Below are positions 12,136-24,588 of a DNA stretch of 64,000 nucleotides, one piece after another. Under the pieces are notes generated by a model. The model did no database searches, was not told where the DNA came from, and saw only the letters and a program-made list of their open reading frames with translations. The DNA lies in the NCBI GenBank assembly GCA_964187785.1, contig OZ076410.1, positions 38,688,001-38,752,000 on the forward strand. The letters run 5' to 3'. Within the stretch, counting starts at the first letter, position 1; each line of letters begins with the position of its first letter. The position numbers were made by a program, and so were the translations under genes. The stretch is from Amphiscolops sp. MND2022. Lineage: Eukaryota.

Positions 12136-13632
12136 TGTTTGTTGGCTTCGGTGGGTGCCCCCGTTTGGTATCGTCATTCAGTTCATTCGTCTTTTGTTGT
12201 GGGTTTCTGGTCCTGGCCGGGTTGACACTCTCTCGTTCTTGTGGTCTAGGTGCGTTCTCTTTCGGAATGCAGTCCTTCGTTGTACAATTAGGGTTGTCGT
12301 CTATGAGAGGAAGTATATGGTAGTTGTTTGTCGAGACTTTGTGTACATAGTATTTCGTCGATGGTTTAGTCTCTTTGTCGGGACGCTGCCAACATCCTGT
12401 CGTTGTAGTTTTCGAGTATTAGTAAGTTTGAGTTGGTTCTTTGGTGCGCGCACTTTCTGTTTAGTTGGACTGAGGATGACGTGGCATTACAAGTTTTTTG
12501 AATTCGTGTCGAACTCGTCGTTGTAATCCGTGTCGTAGCAATCGTTAGCTTCTTCTGGTTGGGTAGTCTGGCTTGTCGCTTGCGTGGCTTGGTAGGTTGG
12601 CTGATAGTTGTTTTGCGACTGTTTGAATTCACGACGGAATTCGCGACTTTCATTGGTGGACTGCTTGTCATATGGTACATTTCGGTAAGCCGATGCACCT
12701 GGTACCCTGTCTCTGCAGTCCCGTGCGAAATGTCCGATCTTGCCACAAATTTGGCATACAAGTTTGAAGTTGTATCGTGGTTTTTCGGTTTCTTGTTGTT
12801 GGGCATTGTTGTTTCCAGGTTGGGGACGTTGTTGTGATTTCTTCGTTATTCCGTTGGCTTCGTCCCTGAAGCGTTAGCGGCATTCGATCCACTTGTGGCC
12901 CAGTATGTTGCAGTATCTGCAATTTCTTTCGAATCTTCGTTTGATTTCTCTTGTGGCGTTCCTCTCGGTGTTGTTGTGGTTGGAGGCCGGCTGAGCGTTG
13001 TTTTGTTTCGGTTGGTAGTTGTAGACCTGGTTAAGTGGCTGCATGTCTGAGGTGCCAGGGAGCAATTGTGCATATTGGCAACGGCGTTGTACAAACGTCT
13101 TGATTTCTTCGACCTTGGCATCGTGTTTGCCTGCCATGGCAAGTTCATTTTGGATCTGGATTGGCAGTTTTGCAAACAAAAACGTCTCGGCAATGTCGTT
13201 GGCTTTGTCTCCATACGCTTGTTTTGCGAGTTTCTTGTATTTGGTGAGGAAATCGGCAAACGACTCCTTCATGGGGTCGTACCTCATCTGGTCGAATTTA
13301 TACTTCGATACCTCTCTGAGGTCCTCCTTTGCATACTCTTTGTTGAATGCTTGCAGGACGTCGTGGAGTGTCGTTTCGGTTGTGATTTTTAGGGTTTGCC
13401 AGAATTCTATGGCCTCGTCTCGGCGCAAGCTCTGAAAGTAGTTCAGTTTCTGCTCCTCTGTCAGTTTATTCATGTGTGGGCGGAGGTGGTTCTTCAGTAG
13501 ATGTTCGAATTCATTATACTTGTCTCGGTTTCCGCGGAAGAGAGGGACTTGAGTTTGGAGGATTTTGGGCTGTATCACTCCGTCCGTCATTGTTGTCCGT
13601 AGATTGTGGATTTCGGTCATGACGTCGTCCAT
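12135..13632 (-). pseudogene. gag: E1 gag with two CCHC zinc knuckles (frameshifted)
   Basis: ORF 12874..13632 ends CRYCNILGHKWIEC; second knuckle CQICGKIGHFARDC at 12715..12756; retrotransposon capsid-like helical region. Confidence 0.92.
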
Positions 13633-13740
13633 TGAGGGTCATTGGTGGATGGTGCACGGTTTCTGGTCTGATTGGTTGCAGGGGTTGGAAGGGTCCTGCG
13701 TGGCTGTTGGAGGTTTGGAGTCGGGATTGAGTTCGTGGAG

Positions 13741-13753
13741 ACTCCTGTCACTA
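13741..13753 (-). promoter_or_regulatory. E1 primer-binding site (TGG mutated to TAG), possibly tRNA-Leu type
   Basis: TAGTGACAGGAGT follows LTR end TGACA; near-identical to E3 PBS TGGTGACAGAAGC; resembles complement of tRNA-Leu 3' ends (TGGTGTCAGGAGT/TGGTGTCAGAAGT). Confidence 0.7.
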
Positions 13754-14794
13754 TGTCAGAACGGGTCACGTTCGAGTTGTTAACGGTGTTAAGTCCGTTA
13801 CATTCACTAGTAGATGATCAGATCTTCTCGGTTAAGGCCATCACAATGCTCCTTAAGTCGCTAATTTGCCTATTCAATTCCATGAAACGTTGCTCGACTG
13901 AACTCGAGTTAGGATTTTGTCTACTGTTGATAATATCTCCACTATCAAACTTATTCATCTGGTTTCTCGACAAGATTTCCGGAAAGCTGTTCTCACTTTC
14001 GTTATCACTGTTTTCTTCCATTCTACTGGAACTTGCTACATAACTGTCTACGTGCTGTGATCTCGTATTAACCATACTCGGTTCTTTAATAAGACTTTTG
14101 AGTTTTTAAGTATATTGTTTAAATTGTAGGAGAAGAATTACAAGTTTGTATGTTAACGATGTAAGCAACACTACGTTAGCTGAAGGTAAATTGTACTGAA
14201 GGTATTTCAACACTTGTTACTTTCTGCACAATGCTGGTCACGCGTCTATGTCACGTGACTGTTTTGACCAATGATATTGTTCTATTGATTAGGTGTTAAT
14301 TGGTGCGTCCTGCTGGTCGCAACGCAAATGGTCTTTTGTACGAAATGTAGCACCAATATGTTGCTATGGTTACGTGAGTCATCTATCATCTTGTTAAACC
14401 AATACAACTTTAAGATGATGGCGACATATCATCATTGCACGTAATTCTTCAGGTTACTGGTAAAGCTAAATATGGTGGAAGCACTTGTACACTGAGTATA
14501 AATATGATGAATTCACTTGTACGTAGAGTATAATGATTAAATGATGCTAACTTTTGTAGGTTAACTACACGTTGGGAAAAGAATTGATGATGATGGGATA
14601 AGACCGTCATTGTTCAGTAGTAATTCATGGTTATTGAATTATCAGACATTTTGCATTTAACTGAGTTGTTTATTGTTTAGAATGTTTTTTATCAGTTCAT
14701 TGTTGTATTCTTTCTGTATCAACCACTGTCTAAACTTGATGTAGTGGTATTGACAACGTTGTCTCTCGAATTAGTTCATGCTTCCGGCATGACA
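13754..14794 (-). repeat. E1 5' LTR (1041 bp)
   Basis: TGTCA...TGACA termini; followed by PBS; duplicate of 1..806. Confidence 0.93.
13818..14075 (-). CDS. LTR-embedded ORF (MVNTRSQ...), probable N-terminal extension of Gag, now interrupted by a stop
   Basis: Frame continues past TGA at 13818 as SSTSECNGLNTVNNSNVTRSD|IVTGVST through the LTR end and PBS. Confidence 0.65.
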   Translation of the reverse strand: MVNTRSQHVDSYVASSSRMEENSDNESENSFPEILSRNQMNKFDSGDIINSRQNPNSSSVEQRFMELNRQISDLRSIVMALTEKI

Positions 14795-15104
14795 GTGGCC
14801 GAAGCAGGTTAAATGCAAAGATTTCAACAATGGAAAAAGTAACGAGACGCCCTCTAAGCACCGGGATAGTTTCCGCCTCTTTCGCCTTCACCAACTGAGC
14901 CATAGCTATTTTGGGAGGGGGGAATAAGATCTAAAGAATAAGATTTAAACTTTAGTGATTTCGGATCTTATTCCATTTAGATCTTATTCCCGTCCTAAAA
15001 TTTTAGATCTTATTCCCTTTTTCGACTTTAGATATTATCCCCTTCTAAATTAGCCAGAGTCAAGTGGATAGATAGTCAAGTGGTAGAGATAGTCACGTCG
15101 ATGG

Positions 15105-18100
15105 TGTCACAACCTCACTGTTGTGCGGATGCCGTTGGGCAATTTTTAAGAAAAAAAAACGGATTTCCAGAAGATTATGAATTTTAGATGGTCAACAAGG
15201 ACTATAAACCAATCCCCCAGCTTCTTACTTTAGTCATGTAACTTCACATTTGTTAACCTAATTTTAAACTGCGTTCAGTTTTACCTCTGAAGTATTAGAA
15301 GCGTAAATTTCATTCATCATTACATACTAGTTTGACTCATAATACTTTGTTTCATCATAAAACTGCAAAGAATCTCGATTAGTTCCTTCCACCAAAACCT
15401 GGTTTTCACTTGAGTGAGATGGGAAACAGAAGAAAAAGGAGGTAAGGAGGTCCAAAAGACTAGATAGCCCCACACCAAAGGGAAAACAAGCAACATTGAA
15501 GTAGAAACTCTCAATCAAGATCTGAAATAAACAAAATGCAAAATACGCAACTTTCGGGATCCAAAAAGGTACAGTCTACAGAAATTTGCGCATCTAATAT
15601 TGAAATTTCAGACTCTGAGATTGACGATTATCCTCTAAGAACTTCAAAAATGAAAGGCTTGAAACATCCTGCAAAACCATTGTTTCAAAATGAATCAGAT
15701 GTAGGCGTAACAATACTTTCAAATGAAGAATCCGATGAAGAGGATTATCACATGGTGACAGAAGCCAACCGACAACTCCATAGACACTCCTCGCAATATC
15801 CCAGTTTTTATACGACACGACAGGATCCCAAGCAAGCCAAAAAACTTCAACTTCAGTGGAAAAACAGCTTGTCCTAAATAACCAAATCGCAAAATGGTTT
15901 AAGAAACTGAGTAACAAGAACTCTCAACCAATAATTATTCACCCAAAACCAACCACCCTCCCTCCCTCCTCAGTTCAAACAACAGTGGGGGGTCAGTGGA
16001 ACAACCCACTGAACCAAAAAGGAGAAATTTTGATAAAAAATCCAACAAATAGATGATGATGATCTGGTTACACCAACAACTCAATAAGAAAAAACGAATA
16101 CACCCAAAAAAAACAAATGAACGACCCCCAGAAAACTCCTGAAATACTCCACTACAAAGCAAACAGAAGAAGACGCGAACGAATAAATGCTGGAAATTAC
16201 AACTTTGGATCCAAACCTAACTCAAACTACACAAACGTATACAATTTGACAAAACAACTATGACACAAATTCAACATCTCTGACTTTGCTTGCTGAGTAT
16301 TGAATGATTAACTAAAGCAGTACTGAGTGAGTCAAAAAATTGTGGATAATCGGAAACAGATGTAGTGGCTGGCACGTTAACGAAAGGAACAAAATTACTA
16401 GTGGCAGATCGTCCCGGTGATGTTTCAGTAAGACTGAATTCATTCAAAACAAAATTCAGTCATTTCTTGTGCAAACACAGAAATTACAAATGAAATTCAG
16501 AATGCTTCCAAGAGAATCCTGAAGCGTTCAGAAACGCTTCAAATGAAACCCGGAAGCATGAACCTACTTCATGATGCAAGTATTGGTAAGTGCACCCAAA
16601 AGAATAACGAAGCGTTGAAAAATGCTTCTAATGAAATTCGGAAGTGTGAAAATACTCCAAAAGGTGCCCGGATGTTGTTTGAATCCAATCAGGACATCTC
16701 CGATGCTAGCCTGGCCAGCTTAGCACTAAAATCAATGACTAGTCAAAATACAAAACACTTCAAAAACCCGGGGAATGGAAAATTTATGACAGAAATATGT
16801 CGAATTGGGAATGACTCAAAAAAACTCAGCAGGTGATGTTCTGGTCGCTGAATGATACCCCAACGACAAAAATTTCTCTTTGACCCTCAGGGATCCTTTT
16901 TCGGATTTCCTCAGGATTGAAGAGTCTCCATAAAAATCCTAATTTAATTCAAAACGCTACTGCAAAACAGATTCAAAACGAATTGAACTGATCACGCACT
17001 TTTCAAGTACGGGACCACTGTAGAAGAATGGAAGCACAGGGACAAACTTCTCATTTCAACTGCCTGAAACGGGACGACAGTCCAGGACAGGAGTGTACGT
17101 TCGAGGACATTTATCAACGGGTTTGAGGCAGCTCTTTTGAAAGTGCGGGACTTTCACAACCTCACTGTTGTGCTGGTGCCGTAGGGCATTTCTTAAGAAA
17201 ACTACAACTGCCAAACCCGATTTTCAGAAGATTATGATTTTTAGATGGTCAACAAGGACTATGAACTAATCCCCCAGCTTCTTACTTCAGACATAAAACT
17301 TCATATTTTTTATCCAAATTTTAAACTGAGTTCAGTTTCACCTTGTTTTACATCTGAAGTATTAGAAGCGTAAATTTCATTCATCATTACATACTAGTTT
17401 GACTCATAATACTTTATCACGCAGTTTGTGAGATAATTTTATACTAATATGCGGAATTGCCGACAATGAGTATGCGGCATGATGCGGATTGACTACTATT
17501 GAGTATGCGGCTCCATGCGGATTGACTACTGTCGAGTATGCGGCATCATGCGGATCATGGTGTGACGTATATACGTCACTATACGCTTTTTGCACAAGTG
17601 CCACTATAGGTCACTATGCGGTATGGTAAATGACGAGCATACGGCACTAGGCGGTTTTAGCTGCATCAGCTATAATTTGGAGCTTTAATCTCATTTGCTG
17701 CTAAGTAACATCTGAGATGCCTTTGTGCATTATTTCATATCAATTTCTATGGTCCTTTAGACTCTATAATGGTAATTTGAATGTCATGCAGTATGGATTT
17801 GTGGGATATAAATAGAATGATGACATCCTGATGTAACTCTATTTATATCTTTTTGAGAGATGATACCTGTAAAAAGGAGTGTGATACTTTTAATTTTGAG
17901 ACCATCAGTGCAGTTTTAATACCGATCATTCCAAACATTACTTCAGTTGAAAGCAGTAACTCTCAAAAGTAACTTCTCAACTTCCATGTAAATCAATTTT
18001 CATCAACTTTGTTCACCAATTGAACTTATTTTAATCAAAAAACTGCAAAATAATTCAATTATTTCCTTCCACCAAAACTTGGTTTTCACTTGAGTGAGAT

Positions 18101-18419
18101 GGAAAACAGAAGAAATAGGAGGTCTAAAAGACTAGATAGCCCCACACCCAAGGGAAAACAAGCAACATTGAAGTAGAAACTCTTAATCAAGATCTGAACG
18201 GAATGCAAAATAAGCAACTTTCGGGATCCAGAAAGGTACAGTCTATAGGAGTTTGCGCATCTAATATTGAAAATCCAGACTCTGAGAACGACCATTATCC
18301 TCTAAGAGCTTCAAAAATGAAAGACTTGAAACATCCTTCAAAACCATTGTTTCAAAATGAATCAGACGTAGACGTAAAAGTACTCTCAAATGAAGAATCC
18401 GATGAAGAGGATTATTACA
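15105..18419 (+). mobile_element. Internally deleted Gypsy element E3
   Basis: 5' LTR 15105..15752 (TGTCACA...TATCACA), PBS TGGTGACAGAAGCC 15753..15766, gag-start and pol-end scraps, PPT-like GAAAGTGCGGGAC 17139..17151, 3' LTR 17152..18419, perfect TSD GATGG (15100..15104, 18420..18424). Confidence 0.9.
17458..17556. repeat. 3 x 33-bp tandem repeat in E3 3' LTR
   Basis: Unit GACTACTATTGAGTATGCGGCTCCATGCGGATT at 17458, 17491, 17524. Confidence 0.85.
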
Positions 18420-18530
18420 GATGGGTATAATCAAGTGGAGTTTTGGCGAAATTTGAAAAAATACGCGTCACAGATCATGATTTCCCTCCCCCATGGGGGT
18501 CGGAAAATAATAATAACACTTTATTTGTGA

Positions 18531-18812
18531 AACAAGACGCCCGCTAAGCCCCGGGATATATTCCGCTAAAAATGTAACGCATCACGAGTTCGAACCCACT
18601 ACCCCGTGTCTGCCAGGCAGACGCCCTACCAACTGCGCCATGGTGACTAGATGAAGTTACTAAATGTGTTACTGAATGGAGTTGATGCGTGTTACTAAAT
18701 TATGGCGTGTTGTGTTACTTAATGGAGTAATAAAGTGGAGTTTTGCAGAATTTGTAAGAAAAATCGCAACACAGATTGGCTTTCCTCCCCATTATGTGTG
18801 GGCGGAAAATAA
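18531..18812 (-). mobile_element. Family A repeat with tRNA-like core
   Basis: Same termini as other family A copies; minus-strand 3' end CCCGGGGCTTAGCGGGCGTCTTGTT (hairpin then CTTG/T). Confidence 0.75.
18580..18647 (-). pseudogene. tRNA-derived sequence inside family A repeat
   Basis: GTCACCA/TCGTGAT acceptor-like stem, A box TGGCGCAGTTGG, B box GGTTCGAACTC; anticodon loop only 5 nt, so not a functional tRNA. Confidence 0.7.
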
Positions 18813-18919
18813 CAAACGAAGGTCACTTTGTTGGAGTCTACAAACAATACCTACAAGCGAAGCATGGCCTGAAATGAAACGCTTGAAAACATTATGACGT
18901 TCGTTTTTTTTTAGTTCTC

Positions 18920-21900
18920 GGAGGAAGATCTTAATGTCTGGCCGTCCAGCAAAAATACAATTCTAACAAGTTTGTTTATTTACTTTAGGAACACGTTTCG
19001 ATAGGGAGTGATTGTGCTTCTTCATGTTACCAGAAGGAATTACTGAACCTTGTCTCCAGGCAGATCTAAGGATGTATTTAACATCAGCAGTTATTAACAT
19101 CTTATTGAGATCATCACGAGAAGCTTTGTCTGGCATTGAGATGCTCTTGTCTTACAAAGCTGAAAACAAATTTTAAAAGGTCGTAAATATAGAATTCAAA
19201 CGCTGTCAGAAGTTCATTTTCAAACACATAATCAGCTACAAATGCAAATTTAGGTGGAAAACAAATTGAACCAACGGTTGTTTTTGAACTTTCACTTTCA
19301 GAATTTCCTTTAAAAGCGAATAAGTAGTAATGAGTACATGTAATGGTTTCTAAAACAGTGAAATATTATATAAAGTCACTAAATTATTCTCTGAAATCGC
19401 TGGAATATTTAACGTCACCAAAATATTCGACAAAACAACTGGCATAAAATTTCAGATCACCGAAATTAAAAGATGGATAAAATTTGAATCCTGGAATATT
19501 AGCTGAAATCACGGAAATGAAATTTGAAAATACTGGAACAAAACTTCGAAAGCACTGAAGTTTTTAAATCATTGAAATAAATCAAAAATCATTTCAATGA
19601 GGACATAGAGCATGTAACGACAAGCTCTCACCATTGTCGCCGTAACCATAAGATTTAGAGGAACACATGATATGGATTATTGGCCGGGACAGGCGCCTAT
19701 GACCATGAGCTCCTTTTGCCTCTTTCGGGTAAAAACTGTCTCGTCAGAGGAGGATTCCGCTTCTTGTGAAGTGCTCGCCGGCCTGATCCAGTCTTTAATT
19801 GCTGTCAGTAGCGCGAATTACGCTTTTTCTTCGAAACCATCACTTAGACAGCCTTTAAAAACGTTCCGAAAGGAAATTATGTTAAATTTTCGTTATTCAG
19901 GGTGACTTGGGGAATAATATCTAAAATTACGAAATAAGTTTTAAAATTGTCAAAGTAGCCATAAACTTACAACAATGTACAGCAATCTCGTCCACAACAG
20001 CGATTTGGCAACATCCACATACATTCAGCTCGCAAGCTGGGGCACCACAGGCACAGATTTGTGAATTAGACGAAAAGACTCATTTTTACGGTTTTCACTA
20101 CTTAAGGTAGTATACTGCTGAAATCAAGGTTAGCACCTTCCAAAGAGTCTAATTTCAGAGGTTTTTGCAGTCTCTGGCGTCTGTTCGGGCGGCTGGCCTT
20201 ATGTTTTTTCTCGATCTTCGCCGCTCTTGTTGTCGAAGTACCTGCCAATTTCGTTGAAACAGCGAAAAGAGCAATCACATGCTCAGTGCCACGTCAAACA
20301 TCGAATTAGTATTTTTCAGAATTTTTCTGAACATGTTAAAATCCAAAATTCCAATATCGACTAATTTTGCTGTCTCAGAGGGTGCCGTTACAAACTCCCC
20401 GGACTTTATGCATGACGTCCCTGTGATGCGGGGAAGCTGGCATTGAAAACATCATCTTTGCGAATCCACTGGGATCTCAAACTGGTGATGTTGCAAGGGT
20501 CCGGTGGCACTGTCATCTTTCGCTGATTGGGCAACCTTGAGGTTTTGCTTCTTGCAATCCAGAGAACCTGCATCGTCCACGAACTGTTGATACAGAGCTA
20601 GCTCGAGAGCTAGAAAACAAGTACTCAAAAAAACACCTTTAAACAAATCATAATATTTAATCTATATATCAATCTAAGAGCATCATTTAATTGGCAAAAG
20701 TTTTCTGCACTAGATTTGGATAGGATCTTGATAGCACTGATGTTTATGTTGTTTAAGAAATTTTTTGGAGCCCTGGGGCTCTCTGGTGCGGTTTCTCTCA
20801 AAAACTTCTTTTCCACGCCAGTAAAAATTCAGTTTGCAGAACAGTTGAAACTTGTTTACAATAAAACTTCTTTTCAGCGGAAAGACCACTGTTTAAAAAG
20901 AAAACAGGTAGTTCCTGATGTTTTTTTGGTTCAAAGTTTGGCTAGGTTCATGCAGCACGCACTGATGTGCAGCTCCATACCAAATCAAAAATCAGTAGCG
21001 AGTATGAAATGCGCAATTTACCAATTGACTTCATGTGAGATTTAGCACTGAGACAAAATTCGACAAAATTCTGTAATTGAAAATTTCGGGGCTAATGAGC
21101 TCCATTAAACAAGTTAATCCGTAGAAAAGCCACTGAATTGAAGAAAAATTGACATTGAAACTTCAAAGAATATAACTATAGAGATAACGAAACTAAAGAA
21201 GAAACCATTTAAAAAAGCATCTGGCCAAAGTTGCACTAACGAGGACTTTATGTGTTTTTTTGTTTTTTTTTGTTTTTTTTGTCAGGCCTCACTGATAGCC
21301 TTGAAAATGTCATGTCAAATAATTTTTACGAGAAACAAAAAACAAAGTTTTAATTTCAAGCTGTGATTGTATACATCGGAATCGATTGAGGGTAATGTGC
21401 GGTCAGGATTTCATTACTTTAGATTGTTGCCAATTCCGTGGGTAGTCAGCGTGGAATGTAGAGAATAGAGTGTTGTCTTTCCATGGGACTCTCCGGACCT
21501 TAAAAAACTCCCCGGACCTTAATCTTTGATCATTCTTTTTCATATGAGGATAGCGAGGAATAAACAAACTTGAATGTCCGACACAAAAATTGCAGAATGA
21601 TAAGTTGAGCTTTGACGACACCTCCTTCCTCCTTGAAAAGAAATGGAGTGTAGCTCGGGCTGTGGATGGGCATCCTTATTTGATAGCAGCAGGACATAGA
21701 AAAAGCATGAAATGTCAGGACATCCAATAAAGAAGAAAACTGAGTCTGGGTCTGTCTCAAGACTGTGATAATTGTTCGGAGGACGGCCACGCCTAGGTCC
21801 CTTCGGTCGGTGCGACCATGGTAGTAAGAGGACTGAATGTGGTGGACGGCAACTGCGACGTCTACGATGAAGCGGAAGCAGACAGAACTTTATGTTTATG

Positions 21901-22943
21901 CCACGAGAGTTCACCAGAAGTCCGCGGTGGTCGACCACGTGTATGTCTAGTCGGTCGAGATTTGGTTGAACCACCATGCAACCATTTGATAATCATTGGC
22001 TGGTCCACCTGAATATAATCATGTAGACCACGTTCGGCAGAAGTTGGCTCAATAGAATATTTCAGCAAACTCGGCAGCAACTGCGAAGTGAATACTAGGG
22101 ACTTCGTTCCAGGGAAGTGAGAGTTGCTTACAGAATCCTGCGATAAGGAAATGGAGGATGAGATTGACATTCGTTCATTTTTCGTATCACTTGAGTAGAA
22201 GTTGCGCTCGCGCAACCTATTGTCACCGGCGTGATATTCAGGCAAAGTGTCAGCAATAATCATGGTTGAAGTGTTCAAAGATATTGGGTCCACCCCATGT
22301 CTTTTGTTGGCGGTGTCATTGGTTCTGCTTCAGCGTCGCTTGGAATATTGATAGTGGCACTTCTGAGGTGTATTTGCACATCTGCATTTATTGACTGCAT
22401 TTGTGCTAGCACTCGTGCTAACAATTTCTCCCTGCGAAGTCCGCTTTGTGCCAACAAGACTGATATCTCATCCATCTGCAGCTCCAGGGCCTCTAATTGT
22501 TGATCCTGTTTCTGATAAATCTGAATGGTGATTTTTTGGCGAGAAGACCTGTCTGACGACGATACTGAACTAGGACTGGCAGTCCTGATGCTCCTCTCCG
22601 GCTCGGTATCCTGAGTGTTAGATGGCATTGAGTCTAGAAAATCGAAGACAATTTTGAAACTATCCTCCAAAGGCCAATCTTCCAAGTTCAAATCGTCTAA
22701 CTTCGTCGATCGGTCATGTTCATCTACCATTTGGGATTCATTTTGAGGTTGAACATCATGAACATCCATTGGTTGTGCTGCACTGACACCTTCTTCCCCT
22801 TCAAAAAAACGGAGGCGGTGGAAGACTTTCCAACATTTCATTTCAGCTTTAGAGGCTTCCAACTGCCTGACTAGAACCACCAGTGTATCCAAATTTAGTG
22901 TCAGGGTCAAATTCAAGAGAAGTTCTAGCTGAAAACTGTTCAA
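18920..22943 (-). pseudogene. Unidentified multi-exon coding-like region (coiled-coil segment, two RGRP AT-hook-like motifs), with stops and frameshifts
   Basis: Overlapping ORFs 22275..22943, 21862..22293, 21540..21977, 20452..20646; TTTTCAG acceptors near 22930 and 19165; exon-like open stretches near 20150-20280, 19680-19850 and 18920-19160. Confidence 0.4.
19328..19612 (+). repeat. ~290-bp dispersed repeat, copy 1
   Basis: High identity to 25470..25759 (ATGAGTACATG...GAGGACATAGAGCA). Confidence 0.85.
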
Positions 22944-24588
22944 CGCTTTACAAGCTGCTCAAAGGGCTAAAAAATGTTGCTCTCGAGCAAATTGCTGCAG
23001 ACAAGTTGGATAGTGCGCACCAAACAGACAGTCGAGCGGTTTATTGACCTCTCAACCTCAAAAGATTTGGGTATGTTGTGATTACCCAAAAGAATTCTCT
23101 GCAAATTTGACGTAATAGTCGGTGCTTTTGCTGCTTGATAATGCTAAATAACACAAAATAGAGGCACCAGAGTGTTCACAAAGGTTTCACATTCGGGCAA
23201 TCCGGTTAAAATATTGTCAGTAGGAGGTTGCTTCTCTCAAAATCTCGTGATTTTGGCTGTGTCGGAACCCTCAGGGTCTTTTTTTGGATATCGAAAACGC
23301 TGCTCAGGCTCGCAGGGTAACGCTTAGAGGTTTTTTGGAAAAAATGTTGTCCAGAGTGCGTCGCAGGAATTCGAAACAGTTGAATTGGGTTTTTTAGGAT
23401 CAAATTTCAAAGTCTCAGAGGAGTCTAAAATTTATGATCCCTGCCGGCAATTTTTTTGAACCGTGGGATTTGCCTCGTTTGCACCCAGGAAGGCCTTCCG
23501 GGTCCCTTCGGTTAGAAAATGAAGGCTTTTGGTCTCTGCCTTGCGTATAGTGGGAGTACTGAGGTTTTATGTTTTCGTTTTTTTTTACGGTTTTTCGGAA
23601 TTTTGGCCAAATTGCGTGTCTGGGCACAGTCAAAATCAGTTTCATCAAGCGTATTGGGTAGAAAATTGCACAGCAGGTTTGTTCAGTTACAACGATGGGA
23701 AAAATGACTTCCCGAGGCTGATAATTACCTCCAGCTACAAGCTAGAGAGTTTTTAAAGGATTTTTGAAACTTTTAAAATATTTTGAAAAATACTCAAGTC
23801 GCTCGTACCAAGACTGGAAACGTAAGATCGGGCTCAAAACTAGCCACGCGGCACCACCTATAGGCAGGTACACTGTGACAAGCACGAATTGGGGCTCCGA
23901 CTATTGAATGAGTTGCAGATGCTGTACAGGCTTTCCGTATCACCGTATCTGATGAGGATAAGATTTTTCACGTGCAACCAGAGACTCTTTTCTACAGCGA
24001 TGAGCTCGCAAGCTCACTTTTTCAGCAACAGTGCACCAAACGACACTGACAACAATGGTCCTCATTACGATACATATCCCCGCAAGCAAGTTCCCAGATC
24101 TTGCGACTGGCATTAAAAACCAATCACAGTGAGTTAATAGGATGTTGACTGTTTTACACTTTTCTCCTATTACACCAAGTGATAATTAGTTACACTGAAT
24201 GACTAAAATTCACTAATTGACTGGTTTACACTATTTTCCGGTCCATAAATTTACACTAATTGACTGAATTACGCACTGATGCAGTCCTACGCACTTTGAC
24301 TAAATTACGCGATTTTCCTCTACGCATTTTGACTGAATTACGCCGTCTTACTAATTACGTGGTGTAAATTAGTCAAATAGTGTAGCACAGTATTGAACTT
24401 GACTATTTTACGCGTTTTGTGAGTCATTGGTTTACCTATATTAAAGATGGTTTTATAAACTTTGTTGTGAAGATTGAAATGCATTAATTTCACTTCCGAA
24501 GATTGATGTTTGAGTTAATGTAAAAAAACATCAATATTGGATGATGATTTTTTTGGTGATCTAAGTGATTCGAACTTATTCACGAGAA

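Larger units (their letters stand above)
1..14794 (-). mobile_element. Ty3/Gypsy LTR retrotransposon E1 (3' LTR truncated by window start), with accessory region 807..7600
   Basis: Direct repeats 1..806 and 13990..14794; gag (two CCHC knuckles) then PR-RT-RNaseH-IN order on minus strand; PBS and PPT at expected junctions; right flank GTGGC (TSD partner lies outside window). Confidence 0.96.
14841..18510 (-). mobile_element. Short non-autonomous repeat (Helitron-like family A), split by insertion of E3: arms 14841..15104 and 18420..18510
   Basis: Left end AACGAGACGCCCTCTAAGCACCGGG and right end CCCCC...CGGAAAATAA match the intact copies at 18531..18812 and 57454..57730; E3 TSD GATGG lies inside it. 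Confidence 0.7.

Noticed and set aside
8366-13783. Plus-strand ORFs overlapping gag-pol (8551..8928, 9650..9991, 12155..12526, 13043..13435 and others)
   Set aside because: Shadow ORFs of the coding minus strand; no independent motifs or splice structure.
18580-18647. Functional tRNA gene
   Set aside because: 5-nt anticodon loop, acceptor mismatch and location inside a dispersed repeat; likewise the B-box at ~26229.
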